Below, piece by piece: positions 50,552 through 59,724 of a stretch of 64,000 nucleotides of DNA. The DNA is from a virus. How positions within the stretch are numbered: position 1 is the first letter of the stretch; every line of letters starts with the position of its first letter. The notes under the pieces were generated by a model. That model saw nothing but the letters and a program-made list of their open reading frames with translations, was not told where the DNA came from and made no database searches. Made by a program: the position numbers and the translations under genes. The DNA lies in the IMG/VR virus record IMGVR_UViG_3300047276_000181, positions 3,256 through 67,255 of that record; one strand, 5' to 3'.

Positions 50552-51317
50552 CCAGCAAGTGCACTAGCACGTATACATACAAACAGTGCACGTGAACGAC
50601 CGTTAGTCGGAAATACGGTAGCGATGCAAGGGCGAAGAGCCAACAGCGTCACTCGCCCGCGCAAACATAGGTCGCAAGACATAAACGGACTGCGTATCAC
50701 GGGTGGCGTGTGCTTAGACGAATCCAAGCAGTCATTCCTCCCATTCTCTACTATTTTAACTGCTATTTTCCCTACCGTGTACGGTTCCGGGGCCTCCATT
50801 TGTTTTTGTGATGAGTTGTATACTCCGTGGGGAGAATTATACAAGAGAGCCGCTGCGACCACGAACCCGAAACGTAATCCCGAACCCAACCCCCTCGTTA
50901 TCAGCGCGTTACGTTCGAACTTTTTAGCGTTTCCTGTTGGGGTGGGTGAGTAAGTAGTATGCCTACTTTGCGTCGCTATTCGGTTGTTTTCCCATATCGA
51001 TTCGGTTCGTTCGCTGTCAGAAAACTAGGCGAAAACGTGTCACCGATTCCGTGCTTTTTTTCGGTGGTGGATTTGGTCGTAGACCTGCATCAATCCCCCC
51101 TACGTTTTACCCTATAATTCGTCCCCTATTTATTACGCCAATCTTGGTACGTTAGGTACGCATAATTGTGTACTCTTATTCGTATGCTATTTAGTATACT
51201 ATAGTAGACGGGGTTTCCTGTGGTTTACTAATAAGAAAACCCCTAGATTTTATGTAGGCTATTTATTAAACGAAAAAAGTATGCTTTGTGCCGTATTCCG
51301 TACATATTGGCGTCAGT

Positions 51318-51570
51318 TAAGTCGCTGTCTTGTAGGCTGTTAGGTGCTGAAATACGTGCATACGATTTCTTAAATGGTGCTGATTATCAAGGAGTTACGT
51401 TAACTAGTTGTATTTCAGTACGTTGTAACTTGCTGAGTTTTAGGTAGTTAGTAACTATCTGATTTTCAGCGGATTACTAACTCGTTGATTATCAGGTACT
51501 TTTATTTAGAACGATTCTAAATTTCACCTCGACTAAAACTTTTTTTTGTGCGCTGATTATCAAGCAGTTA
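51318..51570. repeat. array of 25-bp imperfect palindromes TAAC-N3-YTG-N5-YAR-N3-GTTA
   Basis: Copies at 51318, 51373, 51401, 51426, 51452, 51478 and 51546, plus an outlier at 50887. Confidence 0.8.
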
Positions 51571-51625
51571 GCCCTATATATTCCTTATAGGCGAGCGGGG
51601 AGTCCAAACTTTTTTGGGGTTAGAG

Positions 51626-51656
51626 TTTGCAGATTTGTAAAGTCGCCGTATGTTTG
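51626..51656 (+). promoter_or_regulatory. Bacteroidota sigma-A promoter for the large ncRNA/early operon
   Basis: TTTG-N19-TATGTTTG. Confidence 0.7.
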
Positions 51657-51659
51657 TGG

Positions 51660-52328
51660 TGTCGAAAGGCCAACGGGCCCCCCACCACGACGAATTGAAA
51701 TAACAACCGAAACGCGAACTCAGAGTCGGAGACAAGAGCAGAGCGCGGTAGGCAGGAAAGTCCCAAGTGACGATAGGCGGAGAGATGCTAGCGAAAGCGC
51801 CTCCCAAAAATCGGAAACCCACCTTGTGAACCCTGTACGATTCAGTCAGTAGGCCGCGGCCTACGGGCTGTCGGGCGTTAGGGAGCGGAGTAGCAGGTCA
51901 GGTCTGATTGAGTAGGCGATGTAATCCAAGTGAGTAGCGTAAGTAGGCTAGCACATTCCGACCGAAAGTAGCGAGGGCAGGTAGACGAGACGAGCGAAGC
52001 CAAGTATGGCGGCCGTAAGAAACCGAGCACGAACCTAACTAGACCGAGCGCCGCGGCGCTTAGGTCTTGAGCAGTTCGGATGAGGCCAATGAACACCGCA
52101 CGAACACCAAAGCAAATCAAGTCAAAACAAGCCGAGAACAACGACAGCGAAAGACAGCGTATGCGGTGCGTAAACAGCGCCGCCAAAGGATAGCAGTCGT
52201 GGAGGAACTAACAGCGTATGCGGTAGATGTTGCGAGCAACAACGCCGCCAAAAATGTTCACCTGTTCAAGGCAAACTACTGCCGCTTGGAGTGCCGCAAG
52301 GCATAGGGTTCGAGTCCCTACGGCAGTC
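51660..52328 (+). ncRNA. large structured ncRNA (GOLLD/ROOL-like) with a 3' tRNA-like element
   Basis: No credible ORF; many short hairpins, several with GNRA loops; long-range stems; duplicated internal module; T-loop minihelix at 52278-52328. Confidence 0.7.
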
Positions 52329-52377
52329 AAATTTTAACCCAATTCTATTAACCAAAACCCCTTAATTCGTTTCAGTT

Positions 52378-53871
52378 ATGAAAGTCACCAACATCGTATC
52401 AGGCCGCAAGATTGAATACTACCGCTCATACTACAACGAGCAGTTCGACTTCTACTTCGGAATCAACAACGATTACTTCGTGTACAAGTACCTCGCTAGC
52501 GACGGAACCACGCAACGCACTCGCTTCCCAAAAGCGCTCAACCACGAGCAGTACGGAATCGACTTATTGCTTCGCTGTCACGAGTCAATGTTTATCACAA
52601 TCGGTGCGCTCCGCGCTGAAGCCGGCGTTTACTACCGCCGTGCCGACGGACAGCGCAACCCGAACCGCATCGAGGGTTTCCCTCACCTTGAACTCAGCGA
52701 CGCTACGTTTGAGGCTGTGCCTATGAACGAGCGCAACGCCGACTTTGTTTGCGTTGTTATCGACGGCCAATTGTACACCACCGACCTGTGTGCGTCCTCC
52801 AATTACCCCACCTCAGAGTACCCACTATTCGGTGCAAACTTCGCCGCTCAGGAGATACGACTGCACGACCAATACCGCCACGAGTACATCAACCAAATCC
52901 GTCGTAGCGACAGCGAGTTGGTTATTGGTGAATGGGGCGGTCGCACCGCAATCTTCGAGAACGCCGAAATCGGTCGTCGCCACGGAGACGCACCCAACCT
53001 GTCAGGCTACCACGGCCCTGCGCGAACTATGGACATCCTCAACGACGAGAGCGTTGATTGGTTCGTAGGCATCGAGGTTGAGAAAGAAGACCAAGAGGCA
53101 CGCAACCGCTGTGCTTGGGCTAACTGCGACCTCGGCAACGGATGGATTGTAGAGCGTGACGGCTCACTCGATAGCCGCACAGGTTTCGAGGCCGTGTCAC
53201 CTGTACTCGACCTGCTCAACACCAAGTCGCTGTTCGACGAGTTCGACCGCCTCGATTGGATGCTGAACTCGACATACTCACGCCGTTGCGGTGGTCACAT
53301 CACCATCAGCCGTCGCGGCCTGTCGACCGACCAATTGGTTGAGAAACTGATGCCGTTCGTACCGATGCTGTTCAGCCTGTACGAGGGTCGCCTCAACAAC
53401 GGCTACAGCGGTGTGCAGAGCAAGGACGAAATCGAGCGCGGTTCACGCCGTGCCATTCACCGCAAGAGCAACGGCGCTGTCGAGATTCGTATCTTCAGCG
53501 CAGTGCCTAGCGTTCAGGGCTTGCAGTTCCGCATCAAGTTGGTGCAGTGGATTGCCAAGCACATCGACAAAGGCACGTTCACCACGTTCGCCGAGGTTGC
53601 CGACGCAATGTTCACCGACAAAAAGTTGAACAAGTTGCTTCGCACGCAGTACAGCGCCGAGAAACTTGCACGCAAGCAAGCCTTGGCCTACGTATTCGGC
53701 GGATGCATCGAGGGTCAGTCAGCCACTGACTTCCTCAAGAACGCTAAGGATTACGACCGCACGATTGAGCGCCTACAGCGCGCATACTCAAGCGTGTCTT
53801 CGTTCGTACGCCGTGAGGTTGAGGGTCGCTTCTCAACGCACACCATCCGCAAGGCTATCGGCCAAGCGTAA
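52378..53871 (+). CDS. putative amidoligase (COOH-NH2 ligase, Amidoligase_2-like)
   Basis: GIEVE, ERDGSL...GFEAVSP, CGGHI, VEIRIF motifs. Confidence 0.8.
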   Translation: MKVTNIVSGRKIEYYRSYYNEQFDFYFGINNDYFVYKYLASDGTTQRTRFPKALNHEQYGIDLLLRCHESMFITIGALRAEAGVYYRRADGQRNPNRIEGFPHLELSDATFEAVPMNERNADFVCVVIDGQLYTTDLCASSNYPTSEYPLFGANFAAQEIRLHDQYRHEYINQIRRSDSELVIGEWGGRTAIFENAEIGRRHGDAPNLSGYHGPARTMDILNDESVDWFVGIEVEKEDQEARNRCAWANCDLGNGWIVERDGSLDSRTGFEAVSPVLDLLNTKSLFDEFDRLDWMLNSTYSRRCGGHITISRRGLSTDQLVEKLMPFVPMLFSLYEGRLNNGYSGVQSKDEIERGSRRAIHRKSNGAVEIRIFSAVPSVQGLQFRIKLVQWIAKHIDKGTFTTFAEVADAMFTDKKLNKLLRTQYSAEKLARKQALAYVFGGCIEGQSATDFLKNAKDYDRTIERLQRAYSSVSSFVRREVEGRFSTHTIRKAIGQA

Positions 53872-53953
53872 AATGTACCCTCCGTACAAGGGTGTGGTTA
53901 AAACGACAGGTCGCGGTACGGCGCGGCCTTTCTTTCCACTATCACAAAACAAG

Positions 53954-54154
53954 ATGAAACACGAACTCAAGCAAATGATGCGAGCCTACGAGAACTACTT
54001 AAGTAGTGTGTCTAGGTTCATCGAAGCCACCGACGAAACCGAGCGCTACAAACTGATTGCGTTCGATATAATCGAGCGGCAGTCCCTCGAACTCGAGGAG
54101 AACTTAAATGCGGCGGACGAGGTGCTGACGCAGTACATAAACGAGCAAGGTTAA
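53954..54154 (+). CDS. hypothetical protein
   Basis: ATG after an A-rich leader. Confidence 0.6.
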   Translation: MKHELKQMMRAYENYLSSVSRFIEATDETERYKLIAFDIIERQSLELEENLNAADEVLTQYINEQG

Positions 54155-54199
54155 CTGACGATGGCTTGAGTAGCCGAAACGCCGCGAGGCGTCTTAACC
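54149..54199 (+). ncRNA. type I hammerhead ribozyme
   Basis: GGTTAA-CTGACGA-T-GGCT(TGAGT)AGCC-GAAA-CGCC(GCGA)GGCG-TC-TTAACC: full catalytic core, three stems, GUC cleavage triplet. Confidence 0.88.
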
Positions 54200-54216
54200 A
54201 TAAAAAAAACTTCAAG

Positions 54217-54609
54217 ATGAACTCTTACAAATTCACCATTACAATCACCAACTCCGAAGATTTTATTATCCAAGCGGAGGACTACGATAAGGCCAAGGAA
54301 ATAGCATACGAAAAGGCTTACAGCCGAAAAACTATCAAAAACCTTTGCGACCCCACAGGCGTAGACGTAGAGGTAACTTCAACCGAAGACACAAAACAAG
54401 AAGACCTACTCCGCGTATGGACATACTTCGACGGAGACAACTCAGATATGACTGACTTCGTTCGCGAATGGGAGACGCTACTAGGTACAATCGTAACCGC
54501 AGACGTAAACTTCGACAACGATGAAGGCTCTTGGTACTGCGAGGCGTTCGTAACGCAAGCGCAAATCGACGAGTTCAATATGGACGAGGATTGGTTCACT
54601 ATTCAGTAA
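54217..54609 (+). CDS. acidic hypothetical protein
   Basis: ATG after an A-rich leader downstream of the ribozyme. Confidence 0.65.
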   Translation: MNSYKFTITITNSEDFIIQAEDYDKAKEIAYEKAYSRKTIKNLCDPTGVDVEVTSTEDTKQEDLLRVWTYFDGDNSDMTDFVREWETLLGTIVTADVNFDNDEGSWYCEAFVTQAQIDEFNMDEDWFTIQ

Positions 54610-54898
54610 ACAAAAAAACTACAATAAGATGTACGAACTTTCAATTAACACCAACGCAAGCGAGGCACTAATCATAGCCGTCGCAGTTTCTTTAGCCGTC
54701 GTTATCGTGTCGGCGCTCTTGTCTAATCTACAATTCAATCAAAATGTTTAAGGAAATCTTCAAACCTGCACCAACGCTCTACAAGGTCTACGCCTACTAC
54801 GGAGGCGAGTACAAAGACCGCGTCGCTTTATTCCTCACCTATGACGAGGCAGTGAACTTCGCAATCGGAGCCGAACACTACGAAATACTGAAGGTAAA

Positions 54899-55099
54899 AT
54901 GAGTCAGGTAGACCTAATCATTCAGTACGAGAACGGAGAACTAGACGACCAACAGGTTGTCTTCCTGTTCGCGGACCTAATCGCGACAGGTCAGGCTTGG
55001 GCATTACAAGGCTCATACGGACGCACCGCTCGAAAACTAATCGAGGCGGGTTGGATTGATAGCAAAGGAAATGTTTCACTTAATGTATTTGAACTATGA
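54899..55099 (+). CDS. conserved small phage protein
   Basis: YE.GEL...LF..LI.TG.AW.LQGSYGRTA..LIEAG. Confidence 0.7.
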   Translation: MSQVDLIIQYENGELDDQQVVFLFADLIATGQAWALQGSYGRTARKLIEAGWIDSKGNVSLNVFEL

Positions 55100-55284
55100 A
55101 CGACGACAAAAAATTCTTTCGCGGCGGTATGTACGCATCCGCAACTATGATTGTAATCGGAGCCACGGCACGAATCAGTCAGGGTCACCCAAGTGAGTCC
55201 ACAGGGATTCTATTAGTGGGGGGCATCCTAATCTTCCTCGTATCCGCATTCGGATACATCGTTAACTACAGCAACAACCAATAA
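55096..55284 (+). CDS. small two-TM membrane protein
   Basis: Hydrophobic segments; ATGA overlap. Confidence 0.55.
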   Translation: MNDDKKFFRGGMYASATMIVIGATARISQGHPSESTGILLVGGILIFLVSAFGYIVNYSNNQ

Positions 55285-55296
55285 TTTATTTCAGTT

Positions 55297-56079
55297 ATGT
55301 GTATCGCAATCGTAAACCAACCGAACTCTTTTCTCACCAAGAAACAACTCAAGAATGCTTGGGATAACAACAACCACGGCGCAGGCATCGCCTATGTCGA
55401 CAACGGCAAGGTAATGACCTACCACGAGGGTTACAACTTCGAGGACTTCTTCGAGGAGTACGAGTTCATACGTGAACTCACCGACACCCCAATCCTGATT
55501 CACTTCCGCATCGCAACGCACGGCAAGGGAAAGGATATGCTCCATCCGCACAGCGTTACCGAGGGTCGTGTGTCACTGATTCACAACGGCGTAATCTCGG
55601 GGCTAGGTGACCACAAGGTCAGCGACACCCGTGAGTTCGCTCAGATTCTAGCAAAGTTCTACCCCGACAACGTTGACTTCATCGACCACGCCGGTATCCG
55701 CGCTATGGCTCTGACGATTCTAGGCAAGTCGAACAAGGTAGCGTTCCTTGATTGGCGCGGAGAGGTTCGTATCCTCAACGACCAACTAGGTCACTACGAT
55801 GCCGACGGCAATTGGTTCAGCAACGACTCTTACAAACGCGTGAACGACTACGTTTGGGCGGGCAGTAAGAAAGTGTACAAGACAGGTGCGGCCGCCAAGG
55901 CGGTATCACAGCCCACGTTTTGGGACAGTGAGCGCAAGGTTGCAATACCTAAGGCACCTAAGTACACGGATTACCTCGATGACTTCGATGACGAGCCGTC
56001 GTACAAGTGGAACGCAAGTCAGCACGAACTTCGTAGCGAATACCTACGAGGCACGTTAGACGAAGACGGAATTTGGTAG
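55297..56079 (+). CDS. class II (Ntn) glutamine amidotransferase
   Basis: N-terminal MCI nucleophile, N.HG.G, HFRIATHG, HP, HNG, SDT. Confidence 0.88.
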   Translation: MCIAIVNQPNSFLTKKQLKNAWDNNNHGAGIAYVDNGKVMTYHEGYNFEDFFEEYEFIRELTDTPILIHFRIATHGKGKDMLHPHSVTEGRVSLIHNGVISGLGDHKVSDTREFAQILAKFYPDNVDFIDHAGIRAMALTILGKSNKVAFLDWRGEVRILNDQLGHYDADGNWFSNDSYKRVNDYVWAGSKKVYKTGAAAKAVSQPTFWDSERKVAIPKAPKYTDYLDDFDDEPSYKWNASQHELRSEYLRGTLDEDGIW

Positions 56080-56082
56080 GCT

Positions 56083-56631
56083 ATGTTGTACAAGTTTAAC
56101 AGGCACGACCTAACGTTCCGACCTGTGGTTACCTTGAGAGGTGTCGCGACCGCTTCGGTGGTTGCGGCATCCCTCTTGGGCATCGCAGTCAATACAATCA
56201 GCAACGTAGACGAAATAATCTACGAGGACATACTGCACATCAACGTAACCGAGAGAGCCTTTACTGAGGCACGCCTCGTTGAGAAGATTCAGCAGTTAAA
56301 CATTCGATTCCCGCACATCGCATTGGCTCAGGCTAAACTCGAGAGCGGAGGATATAAGTCGACGATATTCCAAGAGAACAACAACCTCTACGGAATGAAG
56401 GAGGCACGCGTTCGTATCAATGTTGCGACAGGTACGAGCCGTGGACACGCGACCTACTCACATTGGGAGGACAGCGTGACTGATTATGCCTTTTGGTGTG
56501 CGACCTACGCATCGCAGTGCAAGACGGAGGAGCAGTTCTATGCTCTACTTGCTCGGTATGCTGAGGACGTGTGCTACGAGGCGAAACTTCGCGAGGTCAT
56601 CGAGCGCGACGGCCTGCGCGATTTTTTTTAG
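56083..56631 (+). CDS. glucosaminidase (GH73-like) with N-terminal membrane anchor
   Basis: LAQAKLESG...NNLYGMK...YA.D..Y. Confidence 0.8.
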   Translation: MLYKFNRHDLTFRPVVTLRGVATASVVAASLLGIAVNTISNVDEIIYEDILHINVTERAFTEARLVEKIQQLNIRFPHIALAQAKLESGGYKSTIFQENNNLYGMKEARVRINVATGTSRGHATYSHWEDSVTDYAFWCATYASQCKTEEQFYALLARYAEDVCYEAKLREVIERDGLRDFF

Positions 56632-56860
56632 CGTCCACTATCACGGGGCGCATCCGAGACCGAAAATTTTTAATCTACCAAACAATGAAATCAGTTATCA
56701 TAACAACCAATGTCTTCGTAACCTCTAAGTTGGGATTCGAGACACCCGCACTACTCACGTCAATCAAAACTGACAAGAGATGCCTCGGCAATCAACGTGC
56801 AGAAATTGTCGACTCGTTCGGCAGAAAACGTAACACCCCAATCCGTAACATCCGATTCGT

Positions 56861-57061
56861 ATGACCTACAACCAAGATATGATTCTATTCCTACAGCACC
56901 GCATTCAGGCGATGGAGAAGGAAATGACTACGCTACGTGAGCAGTTAGACAAGGCAAACGAACGTTGCGAATACCTTGACGCTGAGAAAGAACATCTTCT
57001 GAATCAGTTACTTGACAAGCCGTATTTGCGACTACGCAGTGAGTTACCAACAGGACTTTAG
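56861..57061 (+). CDS. coiled-coil hypothetical protein
   Basis: Heptad pattern; ATGA overlap. Confidence 0.55.
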   Translation: MTYNQDMILFLQHRIQAMEKEMTTLREQLDKANERCEYLDAEKEHLLNQLLDKPYLRLRSELPTGL

Positions 57062-57391
57062 TAACCATTGATTATGTCATCGGTGAGCGCTAACTTCGCC
57101 TCATCGGAGAAGCCGATAACGCAAACAATAGATGGCGGTGCGGGGGCTTTAAGGGCCCCCCTCCCGCCTACCTAACGACTCAAGACGACGAAACGGTCGT
57201 ATACAAGCGCAATCGGGGCGCACTATATCCTAAACGCAAAGCATTTTAACTGATGAAAAATAACGATAAGGAAACGCGTGAGTCGTTCGTACGAATCGCA
57301 ATGGCTCGCATCAAGTCCGACTATCCATTCTACCCACAGCGTATCGCAGTAGCCGCAAGTATGTATCGTCGATGGCTAGACAAGAAATAAG

Positions 57392-57649
57392 ATGAGTAAG
57401 TACACCAACCGATACGGAGACGAGTTCACGTTTGAGAAAAACGAGAACGGGAATGTTGACTGGAAGGGGAACTTCAAGTACACACGATTCGGATGGGACA
57501 ACGATGACAACATCATATTCGTTGACCCAAGCGGAGGACCATTCATACCTGTCGGCACAAAGATGTCGCTGTATGGACTTGATGGAATCGCATCAGGATT
57601 CGTTGACCACGACGACTATTGGGAGATATTGATTGAGGATAATGTGTAA
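57392..57649 (+). CDS. hypothetical phage protein
   Basis: NRYGD...FVDPSGGPFI motif. Confidence 0.65.
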   Translation: MSKYTNRYGDEFTFEKNENGNVDWKGNFKYTRFGWDNDDNIIFVDPSGGPFIPVGTKMSLYGLDGIASGFVDHDDYWEILIEDNV

Positions 57650-57668
57650 TATGTTGTATATTTGTGTA

Positions 57669-58394
57669 ATGAAAGAGAACTTAATATACGGCCTGCGTGA
57701 CCCACGCAATGATGTTTATAGATACATAGGTAAGACAACAGTCGGTGTTGGCCGTCCGCTTAGCCACCTAGTAAAGTCCCACAATGTGTTCGTTAACAAT
57801 TGGGTTGACGAGCTGAGTCTTATTGGTTTTCATCCTCACGTTGACGTGATTGAAAGAGACATAGAGCTTGAAAACCTATCAACAAGAGAATCATATTGGA
57901 TAGCATACTACTCAGACCTTCACGGTGAATTGTTCAATGGAGGCGACAACGTATACGAGTCTATAGTTGAGCCTTCAATCCTTTCGTGCGATGACATTGC
58001 CAAGACTTATCGTTCATTGCTAAACGTGGGCGAGATATACAAGAAGGTAAAAGTACAATATAGCCTATCTGATGAAGAGATAGCTTCTTTACTAAATGTC
58101 TCAAGAGGTACTGTTTATCTTATCAGGCGGGGCGGTATGAAGACAACATTAGAAACAATAGCAAGGCTTTGCTTCTTCGCTAGTAAAACTATGGATGATT
58201 TTGCTACATTTTACATTAGTAAAACCAATGAATTTAAAGGAGCAATCCCAGACACTAAGGAGGAATTTATTACAGAGTGTCTTAGCAACGAAGAATTTCT
58301 AAGAACTTGGGCCAACAAATACTTCAGTGCTGATTGTCAAGTCAACAAGTTGAAGTATAATAAGAGAGCACCACGCAAGAGGAAAGCGCTATGA
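57669..58394 (+). CDS. GIY-YIG endonuclease-like protein with C-terminal HTH
   Basis: LIYGLRDPR...RYIGKT..R...H...RESYWI; SDEEIASLLNVSRGTV; TATATTTG box just upstream. Confidence 0.75.
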   Translation: MKENLIYGLRDPRNDVYRYIGKTTVGVGRPLSHLVKSHNVFVNNWVDELSLIGFHPHVDVIERDIELENLSTRESYWIAYYSDLHGELFNGGDNVYESIVEPSILSCDDIAKTYRSLLNVGEIYKKVKVQYSLSDEEIASLLNVSRGTVYLIRRGGMKTTLETIARLCFFASKTMDDFATFYISKTNEFKGAIPDTKEEFITECLSNEEFLRTWANKYFSADCQVNKLKYNKRAPRKRKAL

Positions 58395-58539
58395 AACAAG
58401 ACGCAATTCACAAGAGAGGCAAGCAGTTCTGCTTACACTGCCAAAAGGATACGATGCATACGCCAAAACTCGGACTCGTTATGCAGAACAAGCGTCTATG
58501 TGAAGAGTGTCATAGGTCTAACTATTTCAACACTGAAGA

Positions 58540-58854
58540 ATGAAACGACTAACAAGAGAACAAAAGAAAGAGAAGGCAATCGTTGACATCGTCAATAAGA
58601 TGTTTGAGATTGCTGGACACGACGTAACCTACGACGACATCGTAGGCGTAGACGAGTGGTGGCAGAAGTACACTATGACTGTTGCTCAGGGCGATGAACT
58701 TGAGGAGTGGGGCAAGCAGTACCTTATGCGAGAACTTAAGTTGCGTGCAGCGTACGCAGAGAAGGAGATGATGTGGTTCAGTGTAATGTGGGGGCTGAAG
58801 TATTCAGACTTTGACGAACACATTAAATCAAAAATTAAAACCAACGAGAAATGA
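58540..58854 (+). CDS. hypothetical protein, first member of the TNEK junction array
   Basis: Ends KTNEK with an ATGA overlap. Confidence 0.65.
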   Translation: MKRLTREQKKEKAIVDIVNKMFEIAGHDVTYDDIVGVDEWWQKYTMTVAQGDELEEWGKQYLMRELKLRAAYAEKEMMWFSVMWGLKYSDFDEHIKSKIKTNEK

Positions 58855-59048
58855 AAGGAGCCTTTATATGTCCATATTGTAAGACCAGAAACGCTTGTGA
58901 TTGTAAATCTTGCAAAGAATACATTCAAGAAGGTGAGTTTGTAATAACTTTTTCAGAAGATGGGGAATATATGCTGTGCGGCAAATGCAATAGACCATTT
59001 TCATTTGACCAAGCAACTGATGAAGAATACAAAACAAACGAGAAATGA
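58851..59048 (+). CDS. Cys-rich zinc-ribbon protein (cassette)
   Basis: CPYC, CDCKSC, CGKC; ends TNEK. Confidence 0.65.
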   Translation: MKGAFICPYCKTRNACDCKSCKEYIQEGEFVITFSEDGEYMLCGKCNRPFSFDQATDEEYKTNEK

Positions 59049-59099
59049 AAACCGAGTATCCGCCTGCGGTTAAGTGGTGGAAAATAAATAAAGATAGAA

Positions 59100-59273
59100 A
59101 TGAAAAACAACTTATTTGTAATCCTATTGACAGCATTGTTTATCACGCTCAAACTGACCTCCGTTATTGATTGGTCTTGGTTTTGGGTATTCTCTCCTGC
59201 GCCAATTAGTTTTGGTATTGGATTCGTTCGTGGAATGGTAAAGGCTATAGTTAATCACACCAACGAGAAATGA
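59100..59273 (+). CDS. small membrane protein with LKL..VIDWSWFWV motif (cassette)
   Basis: Read from the sequence; 57 aa ending HTNEK. Confidence 0.65.
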   Translation: MKNNLFVILLTALFITLKLTSVIDWSWFWVFSPAPISFGIGFVRGMVKAIVNHTNEK

Positions 59274-59479
59274 AAACACCAATGCAAGAGTTGATTGATA
59301 AACTCAACAATGTAAAGCCAACAGAGTTCTGTTCTATTGAAACAATCAAAAGATGGGCAGAGTCACTACTTGAGAAAGAGAAGGAGCAGATGATTGATTG
59401 GTATGCTACGGGGCAGGCAGATACAGTAAATATGTATGAGCAACACCTCAAAAAACCTTCTAACACCAAAGAGAAATGA
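59270..59479 (+). CDS. MKTP.QELI...EKEKEQ family protein (cassette)
   Basis: Paralogous to the next two ORFs. Confidence 0.7.
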   Translation: MKTPMQELIDKLNNVKPTEFCSIETIKRWAESLLEKEKEQMIDWYATGQADTVNMYEQHLKKPSNTKEK

Positions 59480-59724
59480 AAACACCAGTGCAAGAGTTGA
59501 TTGATAAGTTGGAGTATTTACAGCGTACAAATCCTAACAAGCTTTTTATAGAACAAGGAATCCATCACGGTCTAGAAGCAGCAATAAAAGAGGCAAAATC
59601 AATGCTTGAGAAAGAGAAGAATATGATTGAAGATGTGTATGTTGTCGGTTATTCAGATGGAGATAATGGTTTTTATTTTAACGATGATTACTACAACAAA
59701 ACCTTTAACACCAACGAGAAATGA
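59476..59724 (+). CDS. MKTP.QELI...EKEK family protein (cassette)
   Basis: Ends YYNKTFNTNEK. Confidence 0.7.
   Translation: MKTPVQELIDKLEYLQRTNPNKLFIEQGIHHGLEAAIKEAKSMLEKEKNMIEDVYVVGYSDGDNGFYFNDDYYNKTFNTNEK

Noticed and set aside
51318-51570. CRISPR array
   Set aside because: The repeats are degenerate and abut with 0-3 nt or irregular gaps; there are no spacers and no cas genes
50530-52306. ORFs 50530-50889, 50549-50953, 51574-51822, 51878-52186 and 52067-52306
   Set aside because: Atypical composition, no phage-like codon bias or A-rich leaders, and overlap with structured RNA or repeats
52278-52328. Canonical tRNA gene
   Set aside because: Only ~51 nt, with no D arm or 7-nt anticodon loop; reported as a tRNA-like element instead
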